Source of the DNA: Setoptus koraiensis
Lineage: Eukaryota; Animalia; Arthropoda
Direction of reading: 5' to 3'
DNA: 64,000 nt
Assembly: GCA_048013815.1 (NCBI GenBank)
Contig: CM106585.1
Location: 16,864,001-16,928,000 of the forward strand
Both the position numbers and the translations under genes were made by a program. The notes below the pieces were generated by a model, which worked only from the letters and a program-made list of their open reading frames with translations, was not told the DNA's origin and did not search any database. Positions 22,531 through 34,592 of the stretch are shown here, piece after piece (position 1 is the first letter of the stretch; each line of letters opens with the position of its first letter).

Positions 22531-23689
22531 ATGTGTGCCGAGTGGACAATGGACCTGCGGCCGCATAGTCGCATAGGCCGCAGGTGACGGCTAATTGCGC
22601 AACTGCAGCCACGCCGAACACGTAGGCCGACTGACCAACTTGTCACACACCTTGCGAGCCCGTGTGACACACACACACACACACACACATGGCCAGTGTC
22701 TCAGAGCCGGGGCTCATGTTACGCAACGTTGCCTGTCTAACTGACCGGCTCACTGAACTGACAACTGGCCGACTAAACTGCAAACAGCGCATGAACAGTG
22801 CACTGCCAAGCCGAACGGGATGACACCGCAGCGAGAACTGTCAGTGGTCATTTCATAGCTAATAGGCGCGCCGATAGTTGCGTCACACATGACGTGAATA
22901 TTGTCAATTAGCGTGCGCTTGTCAAATTGTTGATTGGGAGCACCTGATTGCACCAGTTACCCTACCATAAGTATGCTAATGTGTGTGTGTGCGTGTGTGT
23001 GCATTTGCATGACTGCATGCACTCCACAGCATGCACCTCACGGCATGCACCTCACGGCATGCACCTCACGGCATGCACCTGGTGCACATGCCGCGGTGCA
23101 GGTTGCATGCAACAGGCGTCGCGGTGTCGCAATACGACGACAAATTGTTGCATGTTGCGCAAATTGTGTTGGCCTCTATCGCTGTGTCTTACATAATGTG
23201 ATTGGCCGCGAGGGTGCGCCATCTCGCCCGTCCGTCAGTCTGTCCGTCGGTCCGTCCGTCGGTCTGTCCGCCTGTTGCGTCATGCAACTTGCATGCCGGC
23301 AGCGCCACTGGGCGACATTACCACAAATTTGTCACTTGTTGCTCACACCTGAGCGCTGCACTTGTTTGCGTAACACTCGACTGCCGGCCGGCCGGCAGCA
23401 AGTGGCCACTGTTTGTCGCTGTAGTTGTTAGCGAGACAAGTGCACAGGTGAGCTCATTAGCCGGCATTGTGACTGGCAATTTGTGAGTCGATTGTGCACA
23501 CTCGAGCCGCACACTGTCACCTGTTGAGTTTGTCGCTCATTGCGACTGCTTAACCGGCTCATTCCAGTCGCCGATGGCCGCCCTTGCCCATCGCCCATCT
23601 GTCACATGTCTCGTCTGACTGGCCGGCGCTAATTAAAAATTTCGCACACACACAGCATTAGGCTCACAAGTCAGTGTTATGTAACAGTG

Positions 23690-23792
23690 TTGTGCGACAG
23701 TGTCATGCGACAGTGTTGCGCGACAGTCTCATGTGACAGTGTTGCGCGACAGTCTCATGTGACAGTGTTGCGCGACAGTGTTATGTAACAGT
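23690..23792. repeat. 13/26-bp array (GACAGTGTTGCGC-GACAGTCTCATGT)
   Basis: Alternating 13-mers read from 23697-23792. Confidence 0.85.
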
Positions 23793-24050
23793 GGCACAAG
23801 TGGCGTGAATTTGAAATTAATTAAGTATAATCAAACCAGAATGAATGGAATACAAATGAGATCGCGACCCGGCTTGCGCAATCAACCGCTATCATGGCGC
23901 AGCCAGTGCAGATTGTCGCATGCTCGCTAATTTGGCCGCCTCAATCGATCGGTCGGCGGCCAGACTTGCGCTCAGATTTGGTTGCACAACTTGTGAGCCA
24001 CAAGTTTGTTTAGTGCTGCCGTGATTTGCATACGCTGATGAGTGCGCCGC

Positions 24051-24141
24051 ATAATGCCACATAGTGCCGCATAGTGCCGCATAGTGCCGCATAATGCCGC
24101 ATAATGGGCCCATTATGCCGGCATTATGCCGGCATTATGCG
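24051..24141. repeat. (ATAGTGCCGC)x5 array that inverts about a central palindrome
   Basis: ATAATGGG|CCCATTAT centre at 24108/24109; inverted copies to the right. Confidence 0.9.
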
Positions 24142-24283
24142 AGCTCGAGGCGGCGCTAATTGTGCTGTCAAACACACACAACACTAATTAGGCGCCGGCC
24201 AGCACAGGTGAACAGATGAACAGGTGAACGCAGATTGTGCGCATTGTATGCAAAACAAATGGACGCGATGAGATAAGATAGCG

Positions 24284-24314
<31 letters not shown>

Positions 24315-27106
24315 AGTGCCTGTCATTATGATAGTATCATATGCGTACAGGTAAAATAAAGTGCAAGCCAGACAGCAATATATATAGCCGTGTGTATGGC
24401 CAGATTATGACAGGCCAGACTGTGCCATTTTTTAGCGAGATTAGCCGCCGCCGCTCTCGTTGGTGCGCCCTTTGTCGCCCTGCGGTCAGCTGAGAGCTGT
24501 CAGACTCTGGCCAGGGCTCTGTCTGACAGCCATAGGCACTTGTTTTCGCCCCCTCCCCCCCCCCCCCGAATTGTTGGGCCCGACCAGTCAACTGCGATGC
24601 ACTGGCTCGCCGTTCGGCCGACGGCGCCCCGACAGCTGACCGTTCAATCGGCTGCAACATAGCCCAGCAAGTTGTTAGCAAGCGGCGGCAACATGCACAC
24701 TACAAGTTGTTTGCGGTTACGCAACCGCTCTTGTGTTTTGTTATGCGTTTTTGTCTTGGCTGCCAAGATCGTTAGCCGCATGTTGGCGCTTGTTTGAGCT
24801 CGCATATTGTGTTGGCTCGCATAGGAAAAAAATCGCACATTACGTATTATCATCATGGCGCTGTTATCAGGTGAACACATATGATTATGACTATACGGTG
24901 CCGCACCGGTGCATATAGCACCGCAGCACCATCGAGCACAACCGACAACTGACTTGTGAATAACATTCGCATATTGCCCACTGTCGACTTGTTCGATATT
25001 CACGAGTGACCGATATATCTGTTATCGGTTCGGCTAGACGCGCGGCGATTGGCCGATTGTTTTTGAGTTCACTTGGGTTTGTTTTTCATCTTCAGCTCGC
25101 CAAGACGGCCAGTGAATGGCCAGTGAGTGGCCAGTGGATGGCCAGTAAATTTCCAATGGAGGCCAAACTCTCGCCAGCACGATGCGGCTGCAGTGGCGTC
25201 GCTCAATTTCGCGGCCTCCTTCGAAAGAGACGCATTTTTTTCTTTTCGACATCAAGTTCGAACTAATTGGCACCGATCAGCAATCAGCAAATCGGACGGG
25301 CACTTTTAAGCGGCCCCCTTTTCTCGAGTAACCACAAGCATGATTACTGAACGTGCGGCCCAACTCGGCCCATGCCCAGCTTGCCCGATACCCAACTCGG
25401 CCGATACTTGATTGGCCGATGCCCAACTGGGCCGGCACCCGACACGCACACCTAATTGGTCGTCTGTGCACCAGCCAATCAAAGCCAGCAACAATAACCA
25501 ATAATGTGCACCTCAACAATGTCTAATAATGCCACTAGCAAACAAACAAACAATATATGTGGCTATTAATGTGGCTGCAACATCGATGTTGTTGTACATT
25601 GGTTGTATATTGTTGCTTGTGTGTGTGTAGTTTATGTTGGCCAGCCAGTTTTTATCTGAATGTTTTTATCGCCGCGTAAGCTGTCGCACAATGCCTGATG
25701 TGGTGCAGCATGGTGCAGCATGGTGCGATAAGGTGCAACATGATGCACCATGATGCTATAAGGTGCTGCATGATGAGCGTGATGATGCGCGATGACGGGT
25801 GAAGCCATGTGTGAAGGTGCCTCTGTGTTTGTCTTTGTCGCCAGCCAGCTACACATGACAGCAACAGGTTAACAATAACACTGCATTACGTAACGAGGCA
25901 ATAACGGCACGGTTGCGATTGTTCAAATTAATTGCCACTGGCTTGGTGCCATTTATTGGCGTTGCCTTACTTTGTTATTAGTGCTAGTAGTGTGTGCCTC
26001 AGTAGTGTGTGTGTCTCGCAATGGCCACCGATAACAATAACCGGCCGGACATTGGTCACTCAATTGGCCAGCGACAGCAACGTCTGGACGCACTTGTGGA
26101 CGCTCTGGCCACCAAGTGTCTACGGTCCGCGATGGCCGGCGCAGTTTAGCGCTCGGCGCGCATGTTATGCGGCCGGCTCCTATCATACGGCTCACCTGTC
26201 GAGCTTCGGCCACTTGACCGTCAGCGGCCGACGCAGCGGCCAGTCGGGCAAGCTCGCAAAACGCTCACAATTGAGCCGGCCCGAACAGCGGCGAGCGAAC
26301 AGCCGCGAGCCGCAAAAACAAGAATCGTGCCATTGTAGTCGTCGCGGTGGTTGCAGTGGTGCAGAGGTTGCAGTGGTTGCTCAGGTTGTTGCTGTTGGTG
26401 GTGTTGTTCAACAACAACAGCAACAGGCGCTGGCCGCTCGTCGAGCTGGCCGTTTCTCAACTTTTGACGTCTCAATTCATTTCACGGCCACTCACCTTCA
26501 CTTAATGTGCGCGCGCACACGCTGCTTCCATTCGTGCTCATGTGTCTTCTTTTTTCATGCTCCATTCGCAGCGGCTGTTACGGCAGAAGCCCGAAGAAGC
26601 CGGAGAAGCCGGAGAAGCCAGAGAAGCCAACGAAGCCAAAGAATCTGTGCCTGGCCGGTGGAGATTCTTTGGCGCAGCGATCATCGCACACACACACTGG
26701 AGCACTCTTGGTCCAAGAGTCTTGGAGCACACTGTTGGTTGGCCAAAGAACTCACAGCAACTGTCTGTTGTGAGTTCTTTGGCGTTGCACTGCTCAGTTG
26801 CGCTCACTTCGGGCCACTCACGCCGGCCAACAAGGAGCCATGAGATTGGCGAGCGCCTGTAACAGGTTGTTTGGTGCTTCTCATCACGACTCGGCCTGTC
26901 AGACAGCGATAAGGGAACGTCGCCGGTTGCACCGGGCGAGCTTGCATCGTTGCATCGATGAAGACATCAGCAGCATGCTGCTGCACCGTCCGAGCGGCGC
27001 TGTTCGTTAGCATTATGCGATGGCGCAGCCACACAGCGCTCGAATAATGGCAATAATAGGCAAATTCGAGTGCCGTCCGCGTGTGAGGTGCAACCTCCTC
27101 CATTTT

Positions 27107-27121
27107 GTTGTTGCTGTTGCC

Positions 27122-27180
<59 letters not shown>
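27107..27180. repeat. (GCTGTT)n hexamer microsatellite
   Basis: Direct inspection. Confidence 0.92.
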
Positions 27181-29361
27181 CGCTGGCGGCCGACACTTAG
27201 CGCTGCAGCTACCAGCGAGCGGTTGGTGCTGCTTGATTGGTTGTGAACACACACAGGTGAGTTTGCGAGCGATGCCTGAATGGCGGCCGCCAGCATGAGA
27301 CGACTCTATTTATTATTGTGCCTCTATTGGCGCTGTTGTTTGCCTCTGTGGCGTCTCTATGGCAACAAGATCGCCAACAGCAACAACGCCAGCAACAGCA
27401 ACAACAACGACAGCAACAGCAACAACAACGACAGCAACAACGCCAACAACAACGCCGACCACTGCGCAACAAAATGCAAACGACATGACGGCGCTGCCAA
27501 CACTTAGGTGTAGCGCTGCTGCACCAGCAAACCACTGGCGACCTGCATGCACTTTGCGCGCTGGCCAACTGGCCACAAGTGCAAAAGGCCGAAAAGTTGC
27601 CGAAGCGAACTGTTCTTTGGAGCTGTTCACTGGAGCTGTTCTCTGGCGCTGTTCTCTGGAGCTGTTCTTTGGAGCTCACCTTGCCCGCTCGCTTCTCGTC
27701 GCGCAATCTCAAGTGAGAGAGAATCTCTCCTGTTTGGCTGCTCTCGCGAATGCTCTCGCAAATGCTAGACGCGGCCACAATTATTGCTGCAGTGGCTCGT
27801 CTACTCGCTAGTTAATGGTCTTAACGCACAACAAGTGCAACAAAAACATCTCAATCATCATCACCACACCGAGGGTAGCATCAATTGATTGATTCCTATG
27901 CACGCTTTGCTGGCGTGGCCTGCGCCGGCCTGGGAGAAGCTTCTTTTTGGGCGATTCTTGGCGTGATTCTGATGGCCATTCCAAGAGCATGACGGTGGCC
28001 GCTGGACATGCACTGGATATGGTGCAGCCGGTGCATGTGGCGCATGCGGTGCATGCGGTGCACTGCATCAATGGGCGACCAACAAACGAGACCAACAACA
28101 ACAACAACAACAACGGCAGCAGCAACAACAGCAACAAATGAAATGGCCCACACAATCGCCCTTCGCCCAGCGCACACTTGACCGCTCATTTCTGGCCGGC
28201 TCTACCTGGCGCAGCCAGCAAATACCGGCCGAATCGGCATCGCCGCGCTCGCATTGTCTCACTCTCACATTGTCCGACGTCGTCCGATGTTTCTGTCTGA
28301 AAATTCTGCTCGCTTTAATGGCTGCAGCGCCGATGGGAGCCCGTTTCGGGCTAAAAAACAGTCTCTATAAAGTCTCTATAAAGACTCTGCACGGCCCGTT
28401 TGATACCTGTTTGGGGCCCTCTCGCAGCGGCACTCTCTGCCAATGCGCCCACAACCACACCAGAATGCCCGCAACAACCACACAAGCCTACACCTGTAGA
28501 GGGCGCTTGTGTAGACTATACCCGTAGGGAGCGCTCGTGCACCGATAAACGCATAAATACAACAAATAAATGAACCGTCTGGCTGATAAATATTGGCCTC
28601 AAATTAACTTGTGACACATTGGCGTCCCATTGGTGTTGCGGAAATGCGCGATCGTCGAATGGTGCGCATTTTGTGATGCTCTATTTGTAGTGCACGGGCC
28701 GGCCGCATGGGCGACACTGGCCCGCAGAATTAAGCAAGCGGACAGGCCAAAGAGAGAGCAACAGGCAAACGAAATGCGCACAACCAGCCAACCACCAGCC
28801 AACGACCAGCCAACCATCGGCCAACAGAAACAAAGCGGCCACTCGCAGTGCGAATGCCGGTGGTCAGCGCCGAGTTTACGTAACAGCGACTGGCGTAATT
28901 AAAGACGCCGGACTTGCCGGACTTGCACAACTAATTGATGTTCGTCTCGAGCCAATCGAGCCAGCGATTACCTGTTGCCGTTGCGCAAATTGCTCAAGCG
29001 CCAACCTGTTGAGCTGCGCGCAACAATGCGAGCCGCGGCGCAACCAAATTACACTATATTACACTATATCATACTGTATTATACTGCATTGTGCCGGGCT
29101 ACCTGTTGTTGCAACTTGTTGTTGGCGCCATGAGATCGATTATGGGCGGCACTCATCGCTCATATTCGGAGCTGTTCGCGGCCGTTCGCGGCTGTTCGAG
29201 GCTGTGCCTCTCGCAACGCGCTCGCTGTGCGCTCGAAAGTGACCGTGAATTGTTTGCCGCTGACCGGCGGTCGGCCGGCTCGGCGCTGGTGGCGCAAACA
29301 AACATTAGCACAGTTGCGCCACATCTGTGCTAATGTTGTGCAGCCCGCGGCACAAAACGCG

Positions 29362-29449
29362 GCCTGAATAGAGCGTGAATACGGCGCGAATACGGCGCGA
29401 ATATGGCTTGGATATGGCGCGGACATGGCGTGGATATAGCGTGAATATG
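29362..29449. repeat. 11-bp drifting tandem array x8 (GCGYGAATAYG)
   Basis: Eight consecutive 11-mers. Confidence 0.88.
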
Positions 29450-29832
29450 GCGTAGAAAGTGGGCAATTTTTTATCCACTAATTGAGTTGTTGCGCTCTAT
29501 CGGTTTATTAGTCGCCTTGGCCGTTCGTCGTTGTGCGTTGCATCATCGCCACTTGTTACGGCCAGCGACGCATCGCACACCATGATACCCGGCGCTGATG
29601 ATGTAACACTGGCGATATCGCTGCGCATAACATGGCGATACTCGGACGATGCAAACACCGATCAGCTGTGCACAGGTAACATGAGTTACGTTTGGAGTGT
29701 CTAGAGTCTAGACACAGGTAACAACAACCGCCACAACGGCGCTCATTATAGGAGCAGATAGTTAGATTAGATATACAGTGCATAAGAGCGCAGTTGTGAT
29801 AAATTTGTGTGTTCTCATGTTGTTAGTTGTTG

Positions 29833-29833
<1 letters not shown>

Positions 29834-29901
<68 letters not shown>
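29834..29901. repeat. (TG)34 microsatellite
   Basis: Perfect dinucleotide run. Confidence 0.97.
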
Positions 29902-29904
<3 letters not shown>

Positions 29905-32900
29905 TGTGTAATTGGTTGCCGACAAACCAATTACATAATCATCGTTTGCATCAGCATCAGCGCCATCTCACAGCAATTTGGCCGCTGTTGTTGTTTATTG
30001 TTTATCTTGTTCTTCTTCGTCCTTCTTTTCTCTTCTCCGTTTTCTCGCCCTGTTCTCCGAAGCGTCCAAAGCGACCTCTCAAATTTGAATTGGCGGCCAT
30101 CGGCGGAGCCATTGTGCGAGCCATTGTGAGCAAGGCCACAGTTGCGCTGCCATTTATTGTGTCTGAATTAGTGTGAGGTAACTATGTCCTGCTGGCGCTG
30201 CCGTTGGCCACAGTGCTCAGTGGTCAGTGGCCACTCTGGCCAGCGCTGCAAACAAGCGCTGCCCAGCGCAGCCACCAACTAATTGTAAGGGCCGATAATG
30301 GTGCCAATTGAACAAGCGAGCCAAACAAGCGCGACTGACCATTATTGATTGTTGTTGCTGGCGCGCCAGCGCCGACCGCACGGGCTCTTTATTAAATCAC
30401 AACTATCACGAAAGGTATTTAGACGAGAGCTCGGCTCGCTTCGGCCGGCCGGAGCGGGCCGGTTCGAGTGCCACATTCGGCCGCATTCGGCCACTTTCGG
30501 CCACTTTTGGCCACTTTTGGCCACTTTGCTCGCTGTCGCTTGGTCGCTGTCGCCCGCTCGCTGTTGCAGCCACTGTGACGGGCACAATCCGACCAATTCG
30601 AGCCAGATTGTCGAGGAAACAAGACACAAATTTATAGTCGATTTATAGCCAAACAGACGGACGGACGGACGGACGAGCGGACGGACGAGCGAGCGAGCCG
30701 GCCAGAGGCAGAGCGTTACGTAAGCTGATAACACAACCATTTCAATCACAGTCTAGATTGCATTTATTTATTATAGATTGCGAGACGAGCGCTGCTCGCT
30801 CGAGTGACCACTCCAACTGGCCGCAGCGACTCGCAGCGGCCGAATTCAATGCGCAGTGGTCAAGTGATGACTCAATCAATACACAATCAATACACAATCA
30901 ATACACAATCAGCACAATCGGCACAATCCAAGCCGTCGGTGCGGTCGGGCCAGTCGATGCAATCATACGGTCGAGCCAATCGTTTGGCCAGTACAATGTG
31001 TTGCCGCTACCGCAACCGGCCCGCCGACCGCAATAAATGTCTAATATCACTCAACTAAACGACCCATCATCGTTTCTAATTTTGCAATTTTCCAGCCTTC
31101 AGATCGTTTCCAATTCTTCGGCTCCCGGCCGCCCGCTCCGACCCGCCGATTGCTGGCCGCTCCGATGCGCCGACGCGCCAATTGCCCGATTGCTGGCCGC
31201 GCCGACTCGCCGAGCCCCCGCTCCGCGCAATTGCAGCCCAATTGTGCGGCGACTCGCCAAACGAGCGCCATAAATAAGAGCGCCGGAGCGCGCATAATTG
31301 ACCAATTGAAAAATACCAACGAAAAGCCATTGTGACTCACAATTTGTGAGCATTGTCCCTCTGTGACACAGAGTCTGTGCGGCCGGCTCACCTGTCGGGC
31401 AGTGCGCGGCCGCAAGTGCGCCCGTCGGCCGATGGCCGGTGACCGGTGGCCGGCCTCGGGTTGCCATTGACGGGTCGCCGCGGCTACAAGCGGTAACTCA
31501 CCTGTGCTGAGTTGATATATAGCAAGCGTTTGTAGACAGATAGATAGATGGAGCCAAAGGCTTGTCAGCTGACACAGACGGGAGTGCGTGCCGACGGCGA
31601 GTATTGGCAACAGCAATTACTAATTGGTGGCATTTGTGCAAATGCGTAGGCAAATTGACGGCCCGACGAGCGCTCGTTCACCGGCGAGCGCTTGTTTGTC
31701 GGGCGAGTCGCTAAACACACACACACAGGCGATTGTTGCGCAACAGTCGGCCGCGTCGAGCTCGCAATGTGCGCCGTTGTTGGGCCACACTGACCAGTGA
31801 CGACTGACCACTGACTATCGACCACTGACCATTGACCACTGACCAGTGACGACTGACCATTGACCACTGACCACTGACAGCAGCGTTTTGACACAAGACG
31901 AGGCCAGAACAAAGTCATGCGCACACATGCGCTCGTTTGCGTTACGCAACCGCCGGCCATTTGGGCCTGCTCATTTCCTCGTTGGCGCTCGGACGGCTCG
32001 CATGTAATTCCAAATATTATTTATACATTAATAATAATGTTATTTATCACCACTGGTGGTTCACACACACACACACGCACACCGTGAGCGTAAATCTGGT
32101 CGGCGGCTGTCTAGTCGCACACGGTGCAACGGATAGCCACGGCGCAGATGCCAGCGCAGATAATGGGCAGCGCGATCACGATGCCATAGGCCACGCCGAC
32201 CACAACAGCAACAACCGGCCCAACCACCACGACAACCTCGACAACAGCCGCAGCAACAACAACAACCGCCGCAACAACAACAACACCAGCCGCAACAACA
32301 ACAACACCAGCCGCAAGAGCAACAACAACGGCAACAACAACGACAGCCACGACATGGACAACGGCAACCGGGCGACCGCGCCAACAACAAGCCAGCGATA
32401 ACAACGGATAGGCAACATGTTGTTGTTGTTGCATAACAATATCCGCAACAATGAGCCGGCGAGCGGAGGAAATCTTCGTGAGACTCGGCGCAGAGCGCAT
32501 GCCGGCCGGCCAGCCAGCGGCATTGTTTCTTGTTTGCGCACTCGTATGGATAGTTGTAAATAAAGGAAAGATTGATTTGTTACAACAGCTCGCTGTTGTT
32601 GTTATTAGATAATAACTGGCTTCTCTGGGCTCTGTTGCAGTCGCCGGGGCGACAGTTACACGACCAACTCTGTTGTGTTCAATGTCATGTCGCTTCGACA
32701 GGTTGTTAGCGTGGTTGTTGTTGCCGTTGTCCATGTTGTTGCTGTCGATGTTGCTGTTGTTGTCCATGTTGTTGCTGTCCATGTTGTTGCTGTCGATGTT
32801 GCTGCTGCGGCATGGGACCGAAGCGCGGCCAGCACCAACCTGCCGCCGGCCGTAGTTGCCGCTGTGACCTGTGGCCCTGTTGCCGCACAAACCGGGCACC

Positions 32901-33639
32901 TCATCACACAATCACAGCAACAACTATCGACATTATACGCTCGTCATCACGACCACTGCCACTTGACCACTGCCCACTGTGCGCCGCTCGAGTGACGTCT
33001 CGGCCGGTGCGACTGGACGGCAGGAAGTTGCGCTCCTATATTCAATTTCAGCTCGATGGAGCTTCGTTTCATTTCGTTTCATTTCGTTTCATTTGAGCCG
33101 ATGCCTTCGGACTGGCATGAGTCGAGCGAAATAAATTCAGCCGTGGCAAGTCGCTCAGAACGTCAGGCTTCGAATTGGAATCGGGATCCGAATTCCAGTT
33201 CGAGTTTGCATCCGAGTTCGAATGAGAGCAGTGCCAATTGCAAGTTGCCAGTCTCGTTCGAATCGATTCGCTATTCGCTATTAGAAGCTTGCTATTCGAT
33301 ATTCGATATTCGAAATTCGAAATTCGCTGCTCGAATCGATCATCGTGGTTATCGAGTCTGATTATATAGTGTGGTGCAGCGCACTTTTTGCTGCTATATG
33401 CAACAACATACACAACAGTTGATGAGATTTATAGGTGACTGCATGACGAGTAGGGTGGTGGTGGCGGCGGCGGCGGCGGCGGCGTCGTTGCTATGGGCGA
33501 CACACATGATGAAACACGGCCACTAATCACAGTGAACTCACCTGTTGCATGTAGTCACCTGTCGCAAGCAGTCACCTGTCGCATGTAGTGGCCTGTTGCA
33601 GTGGTGTCGGTGTTGGCGTTGTTGTTGTTGTTGCTTATG

Positions 33640-33705
33640 TTGTTGCTTGTGTTGTTGCTTGTGTTGTTGCTTGTGTTGTTGCTTGTGTTGTTGCTTGTGT
33701 TGTTG
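33640..33705. repeat. 12-bp repeat (TTGTTGCTTGTG) x~5
   Basis: Direct inspection. Confidence 0.9.
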
Positions 33706-34536
33706 CGCATTGGTTGTATAATGATACAATGTGCGTATCATTATACACAACAACAATGCTCGTAATGTTAAGTCAAGTCCGACTAAGCAAATGATGATTG
33801 ACAACAATGGCACACACACACCACTTGTCCTTGACTAGTGGTCATCGGCTGCCTGTTCGCATGCTCACCTGTTCACCTGTCGGCCCGCTCGCCCGCTCGC
33901 CTGTGTCCGTCTAGAGGTCTGAGCGCATACAAGCTGCAAACGGCATGCTATATATATAGTGAGTACATGTAGTAGCTTGTGTCGACAAGGTTGCTGAAGA
34001 TGATTGAAAAAGTGACCAGAGCTGGCAACAAATTGCCTGTCTGCAGACACTGGACACTTGAGAATAAAATGGAAAAATAAAATTTCGCGTGAGTGCCAGC
34101 GAGCGGCGAACAGCAACAACGGCAACAACAGCGACAACAGCGACTAGTCGAAATAGTTGTCATTGTTGCATTAGTCGTCACTATTATTGAGCGTATCGGC
34201 AGGCCATTGCGCAGCACAGTCTGATGGCTGATATAGATGCAGATACAAATAATAAATATGTAATATGTTATATGTGATATGTAATAGTGGACATGATGAA
34301 AAAGTGTATCATGCACTTTCCACTCCTTGGTGGCGCCCTGGCGGCAGTCTGGCGCAACGCCACCGCCGACAGCTCACGGCCGACAAGCCACCCGAAACTG
34401 TCTGTTCGCTTGTGACCTCACCTGTGCCATTGTGACCCCACCTGTGCAAGTGCACGCGGTTGACATTAGGTGGCCGAAGATGAAGCTGTCACAGTGATTG
34501 CCGGTGTTGCCCGTCGGCATGCCAGTGGCGCACACA

Positions 34537-34592
34537 TACTGACAGCACGGTACTGACAGCACGGTACTGACAGCACGATACTGACAGCACGA
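34537..34592. repeat. 14-bp repeat (TACTGACAGCACGR) x4
   Basis: Four adjacent units, each containing TGACAG. Confidence 0.92.
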
